Shown here piece after piece: positions 11,770 to 24,858 of a stretch of DNA of 64,000 bases (its first letter is position 1; each line of letters starts with the position of its first letter). The stretch is taken from the NCBI RefSeq assembly GCF_018350175.1, contig NC_058368.1, positions 2,914,001 through 2,978,000 on the forward strand. Direction: 5' to 3'. Below the pieces are notes generated by a model, which had not been told where the DNA came from, made no database searches, and was given only the letters and a program-made list of their open reading frames with translations. The DNA is from Felis catus. Its lineage: Eukaryota. The position numbers and the translations under genes are program-made.

Positions 11770-13419
11770 GATAAATGCCAAAACGAACACACAAAATTGT
11801 TTTTATTGTTTTATTTTCAATGCTTTATATGTTAGCTTTATGTCAAACCTGTGCTATCTTCTTCCCTGAGGTCTGCTTCCTAGTGCATCAGGACCCGTCT
11901 ACATAAGCCCTGCTTTGTTAGGCTTATGCTCCCCTTGGGCAGTTTCTCCTTCTGAAAACTTTACCCCGATGTCACCTGACATGTGCCCGGATTTGTACCT
12001 GCTGATGCTGCCCGTGAATGTGAGCCACGGGAATGCAAGGACGGTAATTCAGGTCTAGGCCAGGTGTAAAAGACAAAATGTAGGTCAGCATGACATCCGT
12101 CTCCAACCTTTGATATAGATGCAGGTCGAAGGGCTGGGGCAAGTCTCCCAAGGCCCCCAGACTGGAACTTGGCCTTCCCAGAGGAGCAGCTGTGTAGGAA
12201 GGGTGACTGGAACGCTCTCCGGGCCAGGCTCGGGGGCTGCTTACTGATCCGCAGGGATCATCACTCCAGCATGTATTCCTGGTACGGCCTTCCCACCGCC
12301 TACCGGCTGCGTGCGTCGGTCTGGACCAAGCCCGCTGCGGTCACGGCTTTGTTTCTGGCATCAATGCAGGCAAGGACATTTTTCATGCCTAACTCTTCTG
12401 AATGCTAAACACCACTGCTGGGAGGTATGGCAGGCCAGTTCTGATTCCGGGATTAGAGTTTCGGTTTCCTCCCGAATGACATAGACTGATAGGGCCGTTG
12501 TTTCCCTGAGCTGTGTCCAGGCTTAAGTGGGAGGAACCGACAAGCAAAGAAAACATGAAAATCTTTGACCTGCCAAGCTGACGATTGTCTCAGTGATGCG
12601 CTATTGATTCTGGGTTCACAAGAAGATCCAAGTTTTCTGCTCCTCCTTTCCAGTCTCCGTTATCTCACTATTGAAACAAAGTCATGGTGGAGCTTACCAG
12701 AATCCTTTTGGGTGAACCGCAAACTTATTTTACCAAAATGCCTCGTTCATTTCGAACGACACTTACTGAAAATGGAGGCAGTTCCTCCGAAAGGGTCCTA
12801 TGTATGAATCAGTACTCAGATCCAGCGCCTGAAGGGAATGGCCTGGTCACAGGATCGTGCGTCCTTCCCAGAGTCAGCCACCAGTGCAGCCCCAGGGCCG
12901 GGCGGTGGGGGGGGCGGGGGGGGGCGTTGCAGGGGGTGGTGTGGCGGGGAGCACAGCCCTGCTGGCTCTGCTAACTTTCTCTCATTAGCCTTGTTGCAGT
13001 TACAAGGCGAGCAGGGTTCTCCCGCAGCAGCAGCTGCGACTTTCTGGCTTGCCGTCTGTCTCCTGGCTGCTTGGCTTGGAAAGTGGCCACGGTCACTTTG
13101 TCGTTTACCTACAACATGCTCCCTGAGCTCGTGTAGCAGCACATCTGAAGGACATCCCCCCAGCAGAGCCAGACAGGGCAGTATAGCACCCACAGCAGAC
13201 CTCTGCTGCAAGAGGAAACTCTTGAGTCTAACGTGAGACCCGTTTAGAGACTATCTATGCCTTTTGCTTCCTAACACAGATTTCTGTTAGTGTTGCTTAA
13301 TAGTTCACTTTAAGCTTCTTTTGGGAAATTGTCAGGCATAACAAAACGAGAAAGAATAGAGTAATGGACCCCCGTGGACCCATCACCCAGCTTTTGTTGT
13401 CAGTGAACAAGGGCCAATC

Positions 13420-13650
13420 TTTTTTGTTTGTTTTTAAGTTTAATTATTTATTTAAAGAGAGAGGAAGAGAGCGCGTGGGGCAGGGGAGGGGCGTAGGGGG
13501 GGGGGAGAGAGAGAATCGAAAGCAGGCTTCACGCCGTCAGCGCAGAGCCCCACTCAGGGGTCGAACTCATGGACCATGAGATCATGACCTGAGCCCAAAT
13601 CAAGAATCCAGAGTGGGACCCTTAACCTACTGAGACCCCCGGGTACCCCC
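13420..13650 (-). mobile_element. Can-SINE (older felid/feliform subfamily)
   Basis: Antisense SINE body (gagatcatgacctgagc...); TSD gggccaatc at 13411-13419 and 13652-13660. Confidence 0.9.
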
Positions 13651-14882
13651 GGGGCCAATCCCATTTTGCGTATTCTCATATTTCTTACCAAGCCAAATAC
13701 TCACGGTACTGATATTTTCAAAACAACTGACTCTATTTAGCGATGATTTAGTGCAGTGAAGCCATCACCATGAGAATCCACAAAGGCTTCTCTGCCTTTC
13801 AGCGAGGGTGTCATGGGAGGGAGGCAGAGAATGTGTGTATTCGGGGACCAGAGAAAAGAACGCATTAGGGGTAAGTCAAGATTTTAACTTCGGCATATCA
13901 AGAACTTCCAAACAATGTCGGTGGAACCAATAGCCTTGCTGGCCGGGAGGAGGACTCAGGACCTCCTGGAGACGCCAGGAGGTCGGTAGGGGAGTGCAGG
14001 CTACCAGGGAGCGTGGGGGCCGGGAGTGCCACTCAAGGAGGCGATGTCTGAGCCATGTCCCAAAGAGTGTGGGCGACACAGTTCAGGGAGAAGGAGGACG
14101 CCGGCTCTAATGAGCCTTGCAACAAACAAAAACTGAGTGGTTCACAGAGTGGAGCACATAGTCCGGTCCCGAAGCACTGAAGGCAGCAGGCAGGAAGCAG
14201 GGCTGTGTTCAGGGACCTGTCGGGGAACAAAGAAACCTTGGCTTGCTGCATTTGAATCCCAGACTTGTAGCCCCTGCAGGTCCTCTGTTCTTCTTAGAAG
14301 AAGGAAAAGGTCGGGGAGGCGGAGTGCCAAACCCAAGGCCCCACAGCTGGTTAGGAGACTTGAACTTGGTTTTCTACATGATAACTCCCACCTTCTTCTT
14401 TAGACCACGCTGCCCCTGGCTTTGTTTAGGTAAGGAAATGATATGTACCTGCGAAGCCCCTACCCCCTGCAAGGTAGCTGACTGCTCCCTTTTGGGCAAA
14501 GAAGGAAAGAATCCAGGCTGAGGGAAATACTGCCCTACCGTCACTCTACACAGTGACTTTATATTCAACCTTCTTATAAGGTCAGGGAATGACAACACAT
14601 TATTCACTCTTTGATGTTTGCTAAGCAAATACAAAGCTTGGATGTTGGCCTGTACCCAGTTTTCAGTCGGAGAACGTTCCAGTTGCAGTTTTTGGAGCTG
14701 TGGATGAGGCGAAGAGATAGACAGATGTGATAAGAAGGGGATATATCAGACATAAGCCGGACCAACCATTTTTTAATTGCATCGAAAAATGTTTTTGCCC
14801 TAATGTGTTTTGGTTAATACCTTCCATTGCGTTTGTACAGAGATCTACCCCGTGATGGGGCAGTCTTTAAAATAGGTGTCTC

Positions 14883-15106
14883 GGGGCACCTGGGTGGCTC
14901 AGTCGGTTGAGCGTCCGACTTCGGCTCAGGTCACGATCTCATGGTCTGTGAGTTCGAGCCCCGCGTCGGGCTCTGGGCTGATGGCTCAGAGCCTGGAGCC
15001 TGCTTCCGATTCTGTGTCTCCCTCTCTCTCTGACCCTCCCCCGTTCATGCTCTGTCTCTCTCTGTCTCAAAAATAAATAAACTTAAAAAAATTAAAAAAA
15101 TAAAAT
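14883..15106 (+). mobile_element. Young Can-SINE (SINEC_Fc)
   Basis: Near-consensus body that retains its CpGs; perfect TSD aaaataggtgtct (14869-14881 / 15107-15119) at a TT/AAAA site. Confidence 0.97.
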
Positions 15107-17084
15107 AAAATAGGTGTCTACTCTTGGTTTCAAGAACTTCAGAAGTGTGCTTCTTTATTTATTAAAGAAAGACTACGTGTTTTTATGCTTTGAAGGAAAG
15201 GACTGTAGATTTACCGAACACAGGAAACTCAGAAGCCAGGCATTTGCACAGAGTTAAGATTGTTCAGGAGGGTAAGTGACGTACACGAACATGGAAAGAA
15301 GGGTCTCTTTTCGTCACACAATTTTCTATTTATTTCTGTAAGACCTTTTGAGTTGCCTTGCATCGAAGGCTTAAGTCTGCTTATTGTTTTGTTAGCGTAC
15401 ATCCTTTCTTTCCTCTTTTTTTCTACTTCATGTTGGAATTTTGAACCGATCTAAATCTGAGAATTTATTAAAAATGAAGCTAAGGAGAAATTTTGCCTGG
15501 CACTACAATCCTTTAAGGGGCCAAGGAGATAGGAAGTGAGGAGAAAAGGCTTCTCTTCTTAGGTTTCTTAGGTCATGACTCAGCCGAGACAATGAGTGAA
15601 TTACTCCATTTCTCTTTGCTATAGTTTTCCCCTTTGTAAAACAATTTTAATAATCCCTGGGAGTGCTGCCTGCAGACTAATTCTACCCTCTCTGAAAAAA
15701 GGAGCTATCAAAATAGAGTATATGATTAGGTAATACCTAGCTTTTGATTTATACTAACATGACAAGTTTAGCCATATTTTTTTGGCCAGCTTTCTGAAAG
15801 AAATAGTTTGATTTGCATAATCACCTGGGCTTACCAGCCCATGATGACCACAATGGCTCCGTGATTCAGTAGAATTACAAATTCTTCTCTTATTGTTCTG
15901 GGCAACCAACTATGCAGATGATTCAGCTTCCCCCCTCCCCCTTTTTTTTTCTTTTTTGGTCTCGTCTCATCAGCTACACATTCCAAGAAATTACCTTAAG
16001 ATTTGTTTCACCATTAAGGCGACATTCTCAGCTGTGCTCCAATCGACTGGATAAAAGCAGAGAACCCATCAGAAGTTGTTCCTGGTTGACTATCACCTTT
16101 CAAAGTATGTGGATGCGGGAAAAAGCCCTCATCCCTCCCCGACTATTGTTAAAAATAAGTAATGATGTATTATAAGATGCTTCTCATGCCAGAGGGTTCC
16201 AAAACTTTTTGCGACTGCACATATAAACAGGAATTACTTCACCAGCCATTGAAATGCGGCCACCTCTTGGACTAAATGTGGCAGCTGTTTAATAATGCAT
16301 AGCAACATTCCAAAACAGTGGAGGCCTGGAAGTGAGGGGCAAGTCTGCATCCAACTAAAATCACCTGGGAAGTTTCCTGGGCTGAATTGTGCTGTGTTGG
16401 GAAGGATCTTTTGTAACCGCAAGAGGCCAGGACATTAGTTTCATGTGTCCCTCGGAAATTCAGCCCCATTCTGTTTAGTGCTGGCTCATGGTCACCTGCT
16501 AACTCATCCAGATCCCAGACCACAAAATGATGGACGTTCCTCTGAAGTGTGGCCAGTTTTCCACACTGGCTGATGGAGGAGGCTGGGCAGTGTGGAGAGG
16601 TGGCCTTGGATGAGGATCATGGTGGCCTGACCCCTGCAACAATATTTGGAACTGCTAACGGTGCAGGGTGATAGAACAGAAAACTTTGTCCAGTTCTTCT
16701 TGGTCACTGTAAAATGCATTCTCTGCCTTCCGAGACGTTTACCGCAAACTCATCGTTGAGTCAACACTGCTTCATACTGACCTGCTCAAATGTGCCCTGG
16801 TATCTCAGAGAAGACCCAGAAGAGTCTCCATAGGCCACCATTTCATTAGCAAAGACAGCTTCTCCTTCACGCAGAAAAAGAACTCAACTTACAGTTAGAA
16901 TCCTCTTTTCTAGATAGGTTTAATTTAGGGAAAAGCCACACTCCTGACCACTTGTATTCCCTCGTGCCTTCTGTTCTCCCAGTTTACTGTGATTATGGCT
17001 TTGGCTAAAAGAGGGAAATGAACCCAGCATACCAAAACCCATGAGAGGCAGTGAGGACAGTCTCCCGGGGAATTATAGTTGTGC

Positions 17085-17200
17085 ACACATTCATTAAAAA
17101 AGAAGAAAGATCTCAGATTAATAACCTAGTTAGTCGGTGATTAGTGGATTCTCTGAGAAGTTGGTTCTTTGGGAAGATCAACAAAATTGAGAAACTTCAG
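17085..17200 (+). mobile_element. Old L1 ORF2 fragment
   Basis: attaaaaaagaagaaagatctcagattaataaccta and agttggttctttgggaagatcaacaaaattga (SWFFGKINKI) match L1 ORF2 downstream of the endonuclease. Confidence 0.7.
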
Positions 17201-18429
17201 CTCGATGAGCAAAAAGAGGGGGGGCAATCAAGAGTGGTAGAGACTTGTTTCATTCTAGGGGGTTTGATGGCACCAGGCTGGTCTCTTGACTCACCTGGAA
17301 CTGAGAGCCTTTGTAGGACTCTCTTAGAACATGGAGGGTGGTGGAGAGACCAAGATCATTCCTGGGAGGTTGTGTGATACAGGTGCGATAAAACGGTGTG
17401 TTTTCTATACCCCAGTGATTCTTCTATGAACAAAAAAGGGAATCACAAACATTGAAGGCACTGTTACAGTAGAAGAGGGAAGTCTGGGGTTGGGCTAGAG
17501 GGTGGAGGGCAGAGTTTGGGTTTAGTAAAATCAGGAGGAACCGGTGGTGGTAGAATGACCTTTAGAGAATGATTGTCTCACCAAACTCTTGGCTCACAGC
17601 TCTTGCTGGTGAATCCATCCCTTTTCCTGCCCTGAATCACTCCCTGGGCCCAGCAGTCTTGTCTTCTCAAAGTGCGGGAGTCAGGGCTGTTGTTTCAATT
17701 CACCGTAACCTGGTGACAGTTCTGATTCTGCATGGAAAATTCCGCTTTCCTAACTAGGTCCAAATTAAATATTGCCTTTGCTAATTTTAAATCATTCTGC
17801 CCATAGACAAATGGCTTTGCTAAGGACATTTTGAAGAAACGTTTGAGCAGTCAACAAGATGCCATTGCTACCACGTGAAATTTTGCGGAAGTGAGCAACA
17901 GACACGCGCTGCTCGTGACCTTCCCCGGGCGGACGGACAAAGTCCTGGCCCTGGAAACACCATCCCTGACCAACGCTGGAGAAACTACGGGGCCTCGCTG
18001 GGTGTGTCAAACAGTGTCTGTTTTGTTAAAATGACCCTCTTTCCCTCACCTGCGACGTCAGATTGTTCTCTGAGTCCTGATGTTCTGTGTTGTCTTCTTC
18101 AGCTCTGCTTCAGAATTACAACATTTCTCCCCGGGCCATCGGTAGAGACTCCTGGTCTCTTCCTCACCTAACCTACACCCCTCCAGTTTCTACTGTGCCA
18201 GTGACTTATTTCTACAGATGCGGCATGGCGGTTCACTTCCAGGAGGGCGCCTTGCTGACTGCTGACTGGACACCGGAGGCCAGCATCTGCCACCTGAGAA
18301 GCATTGCAATATGGAGAGGACCTACTTTTCTTGACCCATGTCCGTATCTCCAACCCCTCTCCGTGTACACCATGTGTCTAAGTCGTGCAAGACTCGTGGT
18401 TTCCTGAACTTGCAACCTTTTCCTCCTGT

Positions 18430-18612
18430 GCCTCCAAGCCCTCACGTGACCACAGCTTTGACCGACATCTCGGCTGTGATTTCATGAGGGACCCTGAGCC
18501 AGAGCCACCTGGCTAAGCTGCTTCCAGATTCCTGGCCCACAACACTGCGATAAATGAATGTCATTGCTTTAAGCTGCTCCTTTTGGGGGAAATTTGTTAC
18601 GGGGCAATGGAT
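18430..18612 (+). mobile_element. MaLR (MLT1-type) LTR 3' part
   Basis: gaccctgagccagagccacctggctaagctgcttccagattcctggcccaca...tttaagctgc...ttttggggga aatttgttac is the typical MLT1 3' end. Confidence 0.75.
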
Positions 18613-20279
18613 TCCCCTCTCTGGCCTGGTGTTGTCATATGTCAGTAGAAGGATACAAGCAACCTACCGCTGTGTTGTTCAGAGTAGGCAAACCTATGAA
18701 CAGGGCAGCCATGACAGAAGGGCCCTCACCCCCCTTGGCTCTGTGAGCTTTGTGTCAGCATCATTCAAACCAATGTCTTTGCACAAATGGGTATTCAGAT
18801 GGGCATTTAAAGGGTGTTGTGCTTTCGCCAAATTTGGGAATGGACAGCATGCAAACGACCTGGGAGTCCCGAGGTGGAGAAAGCAGAAGAAGGTGAGGGC
18901 CTTGCTGAGTGAAAAGCATCTGTAGTGTCTGAGCTGCCTTTTCTGCTTCTCTCTGTCATGAAGGGACACAGTGGAGAGAAGAACGGATATTTTGAGAAGA
19001 GGATGGCTATTTGGAAAGTCTTCAGGAACAATAGAACGTGTTCATGTTCACGTGGTTTGTGTGGTAGCAATTGACCAAGAGGTCAGAGCACTGTGGAGTC
19101 TGACGGGAGCCGTAGCTTAGGTTTTCTGCCAAGTCATTTTGGTAATGCGTCACATCAGTGCAGTTGTGTGTGGAGTCATTTCAGAAGGAAGAACTGAAGA
19201 AGGCAGCAAAGGCCCGTAGTATATGGCCTCTTGTCTGTGGCCTTCAAGCCCAAGGCCTTGCATGGAAACGTGGCCCGAGCCACACTGTGTCACCTGTCTC
19301 CTCTGTCCACTCCCTTTTTCCTGCCACAGTGACCAGGACCCCAGGTCTGACAGTTATTGGGCACCTGCTCAGTGTGTTCTTGGCGCTCACACGCTTCCTG
19401 AGCTATGAATGCTTGTGTGCAGGAGGGAATCTTTACGCATCCTCCATTACTGTGATGTGTTTTCTCGCCTGGGAGCCTCATTATTGTAAGCCTGGCCTCT
19501 GTGGAAAGAGAAGATTCTCCACGGCATATAAGGAAATCTGGATTATATTCTGAAGACGATGTTACGCCTCAGGCGTATTGCTCTGGTACGTTGGGGGGGT
19601 GGGGCCCAGAGGGGACTGAGACTGGAATTTGGGGGTGTCAATCAGGAAGGGTGACAAGGTAAGCCCAAAGAGATGCTGGGGGCCCAATCTGAAACGCTGG
19701 CTAGAAGCAGTGGTACCCGGTAGCTGCCTTACTCTTCCTTCGCAATGTGACCGAAGTCGTGAGCGGAACAGTCCTCCAAGACTTATCTGGTGATCGTTTG
19801 CGAGACGCATGCCACGGTGCAGGTGTGGTGCTGGGAATGGGGTGGGAGAGAGGAGCGGGCCCTCCTTCTGCCCTTGAGGGGCTCACGGGGGCCTGCTGTG
19901 CGACCCCCCTGCCCAGTGTGGGCAAAACATTCACCTGACAGTGATTATGCATTTCACGCGGGCTTCCTGAAAGAGTAGACGCGTGAGGTGAAAGCAGGAA
20001 TAATTACTTAAAATTGAGGCAGGACGTTTCTCTATATCCTGTAGGTGCAAACATTCAGTGACCCAGACAGCATCTTGGAAGGCCTTCTCCTTTTGAGTCA
20101 TGTCTAAAATATATACTAAACTTAGCTTCGGCGAAACAAATCAACAATCGAACGATCTTCTGTTCAACCGACCCACCTGGACTGTCTTTCCCAGAAATCA
20201 TTTTTTTCACACTCAGTGCAAGAACAGTAAGTACTTAGGTAGTGCTTTTAATATTCCAATAGTTTGTAGTCACTAATTA

Positions 20280-20314
<35 letters not shown>

Positions 20315-21234
20315 TGTTCGAAAAGAACACCAAAAAAAACTTAGGTATTTTGCTCTCCAGCCATCGTTCATTTTACCAATAAAATAAAATAATTTGCTTG
20401 GTTTCTTGGATAGGAATACTCGATCTCTTTTCGTGTAAGTTTTAGAGGATTCCTTTTCAGCTTTGTCTTGCCTGCATATATCATGTTTCTGCGGTGGTTG
20501 GCCAGGAAGGGGGGCTGAGGAAGCTTCCGGCACGGCTGGCACGAGTGACGACGTATTTGTGGCGATGAGGAAATCTCTCTTGACCTGGGCTGAGTCGGAG
20601 ACCTGGGTGTGCTGGCCCGGGCCCGCCTGTCCCGGCACCCCTGGCCTGGCCTGCTCCCACTGGGCCCTCAGCCATGACTCAGCAGCTCTCACAGGCTCAC
20701 TCCCACCCAGCAACCACAAACCAGGCTCGGTGATGGGCTGACTGACTAAATAACAAAAAGGAGACGCTCTCTCTTTCCGTATCCCTCTCATAGGAGAGAT
20801 GTGTGTGTTGGAGCAGTGTGCTAAAAATTGTTTTTATGTTAGGCATGACCATGATGGTGACAGGAGATTTTCAGTACTGATAATGAGGAAACCGAGAGAA
20901 CCAAATGCCCTAGCTGACCCCAGGGATTTTTATCAAAGCTCTGGTCTGTAGTTCCTGCCTATCAGCCGACACAGCTGCTCCTGGATAAGCCCCAAAGGAC
21001 CCCTGAACTTGACCCATAGCATAAGACTTTCTCTCACTGGGCCCAGCAGTTATGATGGGGAAAAGGCTCAGGGGGCAGGGATTCACACAGAATAGTGAGC
21101 CATTCAAAAAAAATTCGTTCTTACTCTGCACTCAGAACCATTTCTGTTGCTCTAGATTAGTCACGTCTAAAGAGGATTGACAAAACTAACGTCGTTCCTT
21201 AGATAAGATGATTTGTATTTTGTGGATTCCTGTG

Positions 21235-21400
21235 TTTTTTTTTTAAATGTTTATTTATTTTGAGAAAGAGAGAGAGAGAGAGAATCCCAAGCAGACTCTA
21301 CACTGTCAGTGCGAAGCCCGACCGGGGGATCGATCTCACAAACTGTGAGATCGTGACCTGAGCCGAAATCCAGAGTTGGATGCTCAACCGACTGAACTGC
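21235..21400 (-). mobile_element. Can-SINE, partial
   Basis: T-rich tail, (GA)n, aatcccaagcag...gagatcgtgacctgagccgaaatc...tcaaccgactga; the head is missing. Confidence 0.9.
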
Positions 21401-23144
21401 TTTTTTAAAGTAATTTTTATTGTTTGAAAATTGCCTGGGCTTTAGAAATATTTTTCTTCATTGCATTTCTGTTAGGTTTGGATTGGCGCACATCTTCATT
21501 CATCAAAACTCCCCTGTTTCTTTCAGGTTTTGACGACGTGGGAGGCGGACTCCAATCAGCTTCCTGAAATCACGGTCTAAATGTGGGTTCTTGGCGTTCT
21601 GTCTTTTTGCATTTTAAAACTGAAGCTCTCTGATGAAAGTAAACATAATTTTAAATACGCTCTGTCAGTGTGTGTTCATAGATTTAGATCCCTTATGTAA
21701 ATGTTAAATTATTTTGATAGGTGGTTATACATATTCTTAACATTCAGGCCATGAGCCTAAATGTCTGGTTGAGGTGGTTTCTGTTGCTTTTCTTCATTTT
21801 GTGGGGAGGTAGGTGGGTATTTGGAGGTAAGAAATGTGGTGAATTCAAAGGTAGACGTTGCAGGTGATAAGACTTTTCCTAAATTTGAGAAGGGACTGAG
21901 TGAACCAGGTTTAACAAAGCCAGACTTGTTCTATACAAAGGAAAAGTCTGCAGAAATAACCGAGAAACCAGGAGGTAAGTTCTGGAAACGCGGGGGAAGA
22001 TGCCCCAGCACTAAGATTTCTTTTCTTCTTTTCTTTCTTTTCTTGGTTAAGTAAAGGGAGGGGAAGAGAAGACCGAAACGATTTGCTTCCTTTAGAAACA
22101 CTGCTCAGCCACCTGGCATCATGGGAGGAAATCTCCCTGGCTATTTTGGGGGAGGTAATTCAACCCAGAGTGTAAGAAACGAAACCCTCTTCCACTTGCT
22201 GAGGTCACCAAGAACTATGGTGCAAATCACTAGCTCTCTGGCCATTTTCAAGTAATTGTTTGCCTTTGTAACCATAACCCCCATAAATCAGTGCTAGCAC
22301 CGGGGTGTCCTGAGGCATCAGAATTAAGTGTGAGGCTTCCATCACTGAGAATCAATCAGAATTGACCACGAGGATCAGATGGCAAGGTGATGAAATCACA
22401 GTCCAAGTGGGGGGTGAACAGAAAGTCTCCGCCTGGGTGAGGCCCCTGGTTCCCCTTTGTGAATCCACTCTCTCCACGGAAGCCGGGGGTTTGTTTTCAC
22501 TTCCTATTATTCTAGTAGGTCATCATTTTGGGTGTGTGAGTGGTGACCTTCCCCAGTGTCATCACCAAACCTCCTCTGCAGGACACCCGGAACACTTTCC
22601 ACTTTAGACGAAGGACGCTAACTCTGATGTGTTTGTTCGTTAGGTTAAGAGTCATCTGACTCTCGTGAGATGGCGACACAGTGGATGGAGAGTGAAACAC
22701 TTACTTCAGCCACTGGAGCTGTGTTTTCTTACCAGTGGGAGAGGGGACATCCAGGATGTTTGAAAGTGATTTATTTCCCTCAAGTGAATGAATTGATATT
22801 TTGGGCTCATGGAGATAAACTCAAGTTGCCCCTTCTTCATCCGAGTAGAGCTACGGGTGTTTGTCCCTATGAAAGGTGAGCCAGCATCGCCAAAATAGAT
22901 GACGAGAAATGTCTGTTTGCACTTTCTGTTCTTTTTTTTTTTGTGGTATTTCTTTCCTATTTTCACCAGTGAAACAAAAGTTCCCTTGGAGGAGTACAAA
23001 AGGAAGTGTTATTGTGACGAATTTCCTTTTATTCCTGGTTCTACATCATGGAGAGATATGATGTTTTTCATCTACGTTCAACTTTCTCCCTGAGGTTTTT
23101 GGAGTCAGCCATTTACTCATTTGCAAAGCGTTGGCGCAAAGTAT

Positions 23145-23345
23145 AAGGACTCTGGAATCAAATCTGGTTTTCTCGCCATTAACAGGACAGGTTGGCTAAG
23201 CCTTTCTGATGCTCAGTTCCCTTCATCTATGAAGTGGGAATATCAACTGGCAAGATCATCACAGGTTTGAAGCGAGTGTGTTTCCAGCCCCTGGAACAGT
23301 ACCTGCTGGAGTGTGGGCATTCAGTGAGCAGAGCGATTATATTAA
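23145..23345 (+). mobile_element. MIR
   Basis: ggactctggaatca...ctcagttcccttcatctatgaagtgggaata...gaacagtacctg resembles the MIR consensus. Confidence 0.6.
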
Positions 23346-24777
23346 TGCTCTGCTGCTCATGGTCAGAGCATTGGCAACAGTAGATGCTGCTACGGGGACT
23401 TTGTTACCATGGTGGTATGCATACCTTTTTCTTTGCTCTCCACTATAACTCACTTGACTATTTTTATCCAGGAACAAAAGGGAGACACTGAGCTCTCCCT
23501 GCTTTTAAAAGTGTAAACTGAGAGTCCTGTGATTTTTAACATAGTTGAGGTGTTTTGTAAATGGACTACTTAAAATAAAGATTCCTTACGATTTGGGTCA
23601 TGGAAATTCAATGATTCGTGGCTGCCTACAAGACAGTGTGCGGTAACATCCTTATTCAAATGGATTTAAAAGCTATTTCCCCTCTGACAGAGGTGAATCG
23701 TCAGCAACGGCAATTATCGTTGCTTCCAAAGAAACAACCATGTTGTGGCTGAAAATATTCAGGCCACACTTCTCAGTAAGTTGGTAAACAATGACGGTCA
23801 CCAGAAAATGTTGACAATGATGAATTTTCAACACCCACATCATTTTGGGGTCTGACATTTTCTTTCTGGTGATTTCACTGGCAATCTTGGTATCTGCGAC
23901 ATTTAACTTCTGTACCTCGGAGAGCAACGTTTCCCAACTAGGTCTTCAATATCAAGCCCAGTACGTATCGGTCACATACAAGAAGACAGAAAGCCAGTTC
24001 CCTTATTCTCATTTTGATGGCATAATAGTACAAAGGGCTTAGATCATGGGACATAGGCAAGGGTGAGCAATTAAATTAGTGCTCTCTTGAGAATTGGGTC
24101 TTCTCTTGGATTGGGTCTTCTCAGATGGGAGGCATTTGTTCAGAATGGTAGACATTTGGCTTCTATCTAATCCTGGAGAATGGACGAGGATTTGAGTGGA
24201 AATAGGACCTTATGGGGAGCAGAAGCAGATGCCCACCAGGCTTGGGGGGCTCCAGAAAGGTAGGGGTGGGAGTGGGAACAAGGACTATAAACAAGCTAAT
24301 TCTGAAAAGGGGCAGGGAGTTCCTGAAAAGACTCCAGGGTGCAATTACAAGGAGAATCACCAACTGATTGTAAGGCAGTACACTTATGTTAGAAATTGGA
24401 CGCCATTGGGCTCTTTGGTGGCAGAAAGGGGTTGCTGGCAGGGGTGGGGACGGTGCAGGAACGACACCCCTCTCTCACCATTTCCTACACGGCTCCCTCC
24501 AGTGGGATGGGGGACGTTTTGGAGCACATGTTTATCACCTCAACGGTTCAGGGACAAAATGATGCCAAAAGTAGCCCAAGTTCCAGTTTCACAGAGAATG
24601 CCTCTGTTAATGTCTTGAGTAAGGAATTCTTTCTAAGTCCTTTGAAATCTAATTCCTGGGATTTTTAGGTTTCTAGAGTTAGTATAGTAAGAGTCTATCT
24701 ATAATTTCTCTAGTTTCAGTAAATTATTTAATATCAAAGTTCTAAGAAATGTATGTATATTTTTAAAGATTGGAGGA

Positions 24778-24858
24778 TCTATTATCTATTATCTATCATC
24801 TATCTATTATCTATCTGTTATCTCTCTCTCTATCTATCTATCTATCTATCATCTATCT
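24778..24858 (+). repeat. Imperfect (TATC)n/(GATA)n microsatellite
   Basis: Directly visible. Confidence 0.9.

Noticed and set aside
12816..13236. Overlapping 131/132-aa ORFs with poly-Pro/Gly/Ala
   Set aside because: GC-rich low-complexity sequence open on both strands; no recognisable family or convincing splice sites.
20313..20339. Hairpin plus T-run resembling a bacterial intrinsic terminator (minus strand)
   Set aside because: The context is mammalian; it is treated as an insertion or repair scar instead.
24085..24122. Direct repeat attgggtcttctc x2
   Set aside because: An ordinary short tandem duplication with only two units and no array structure.
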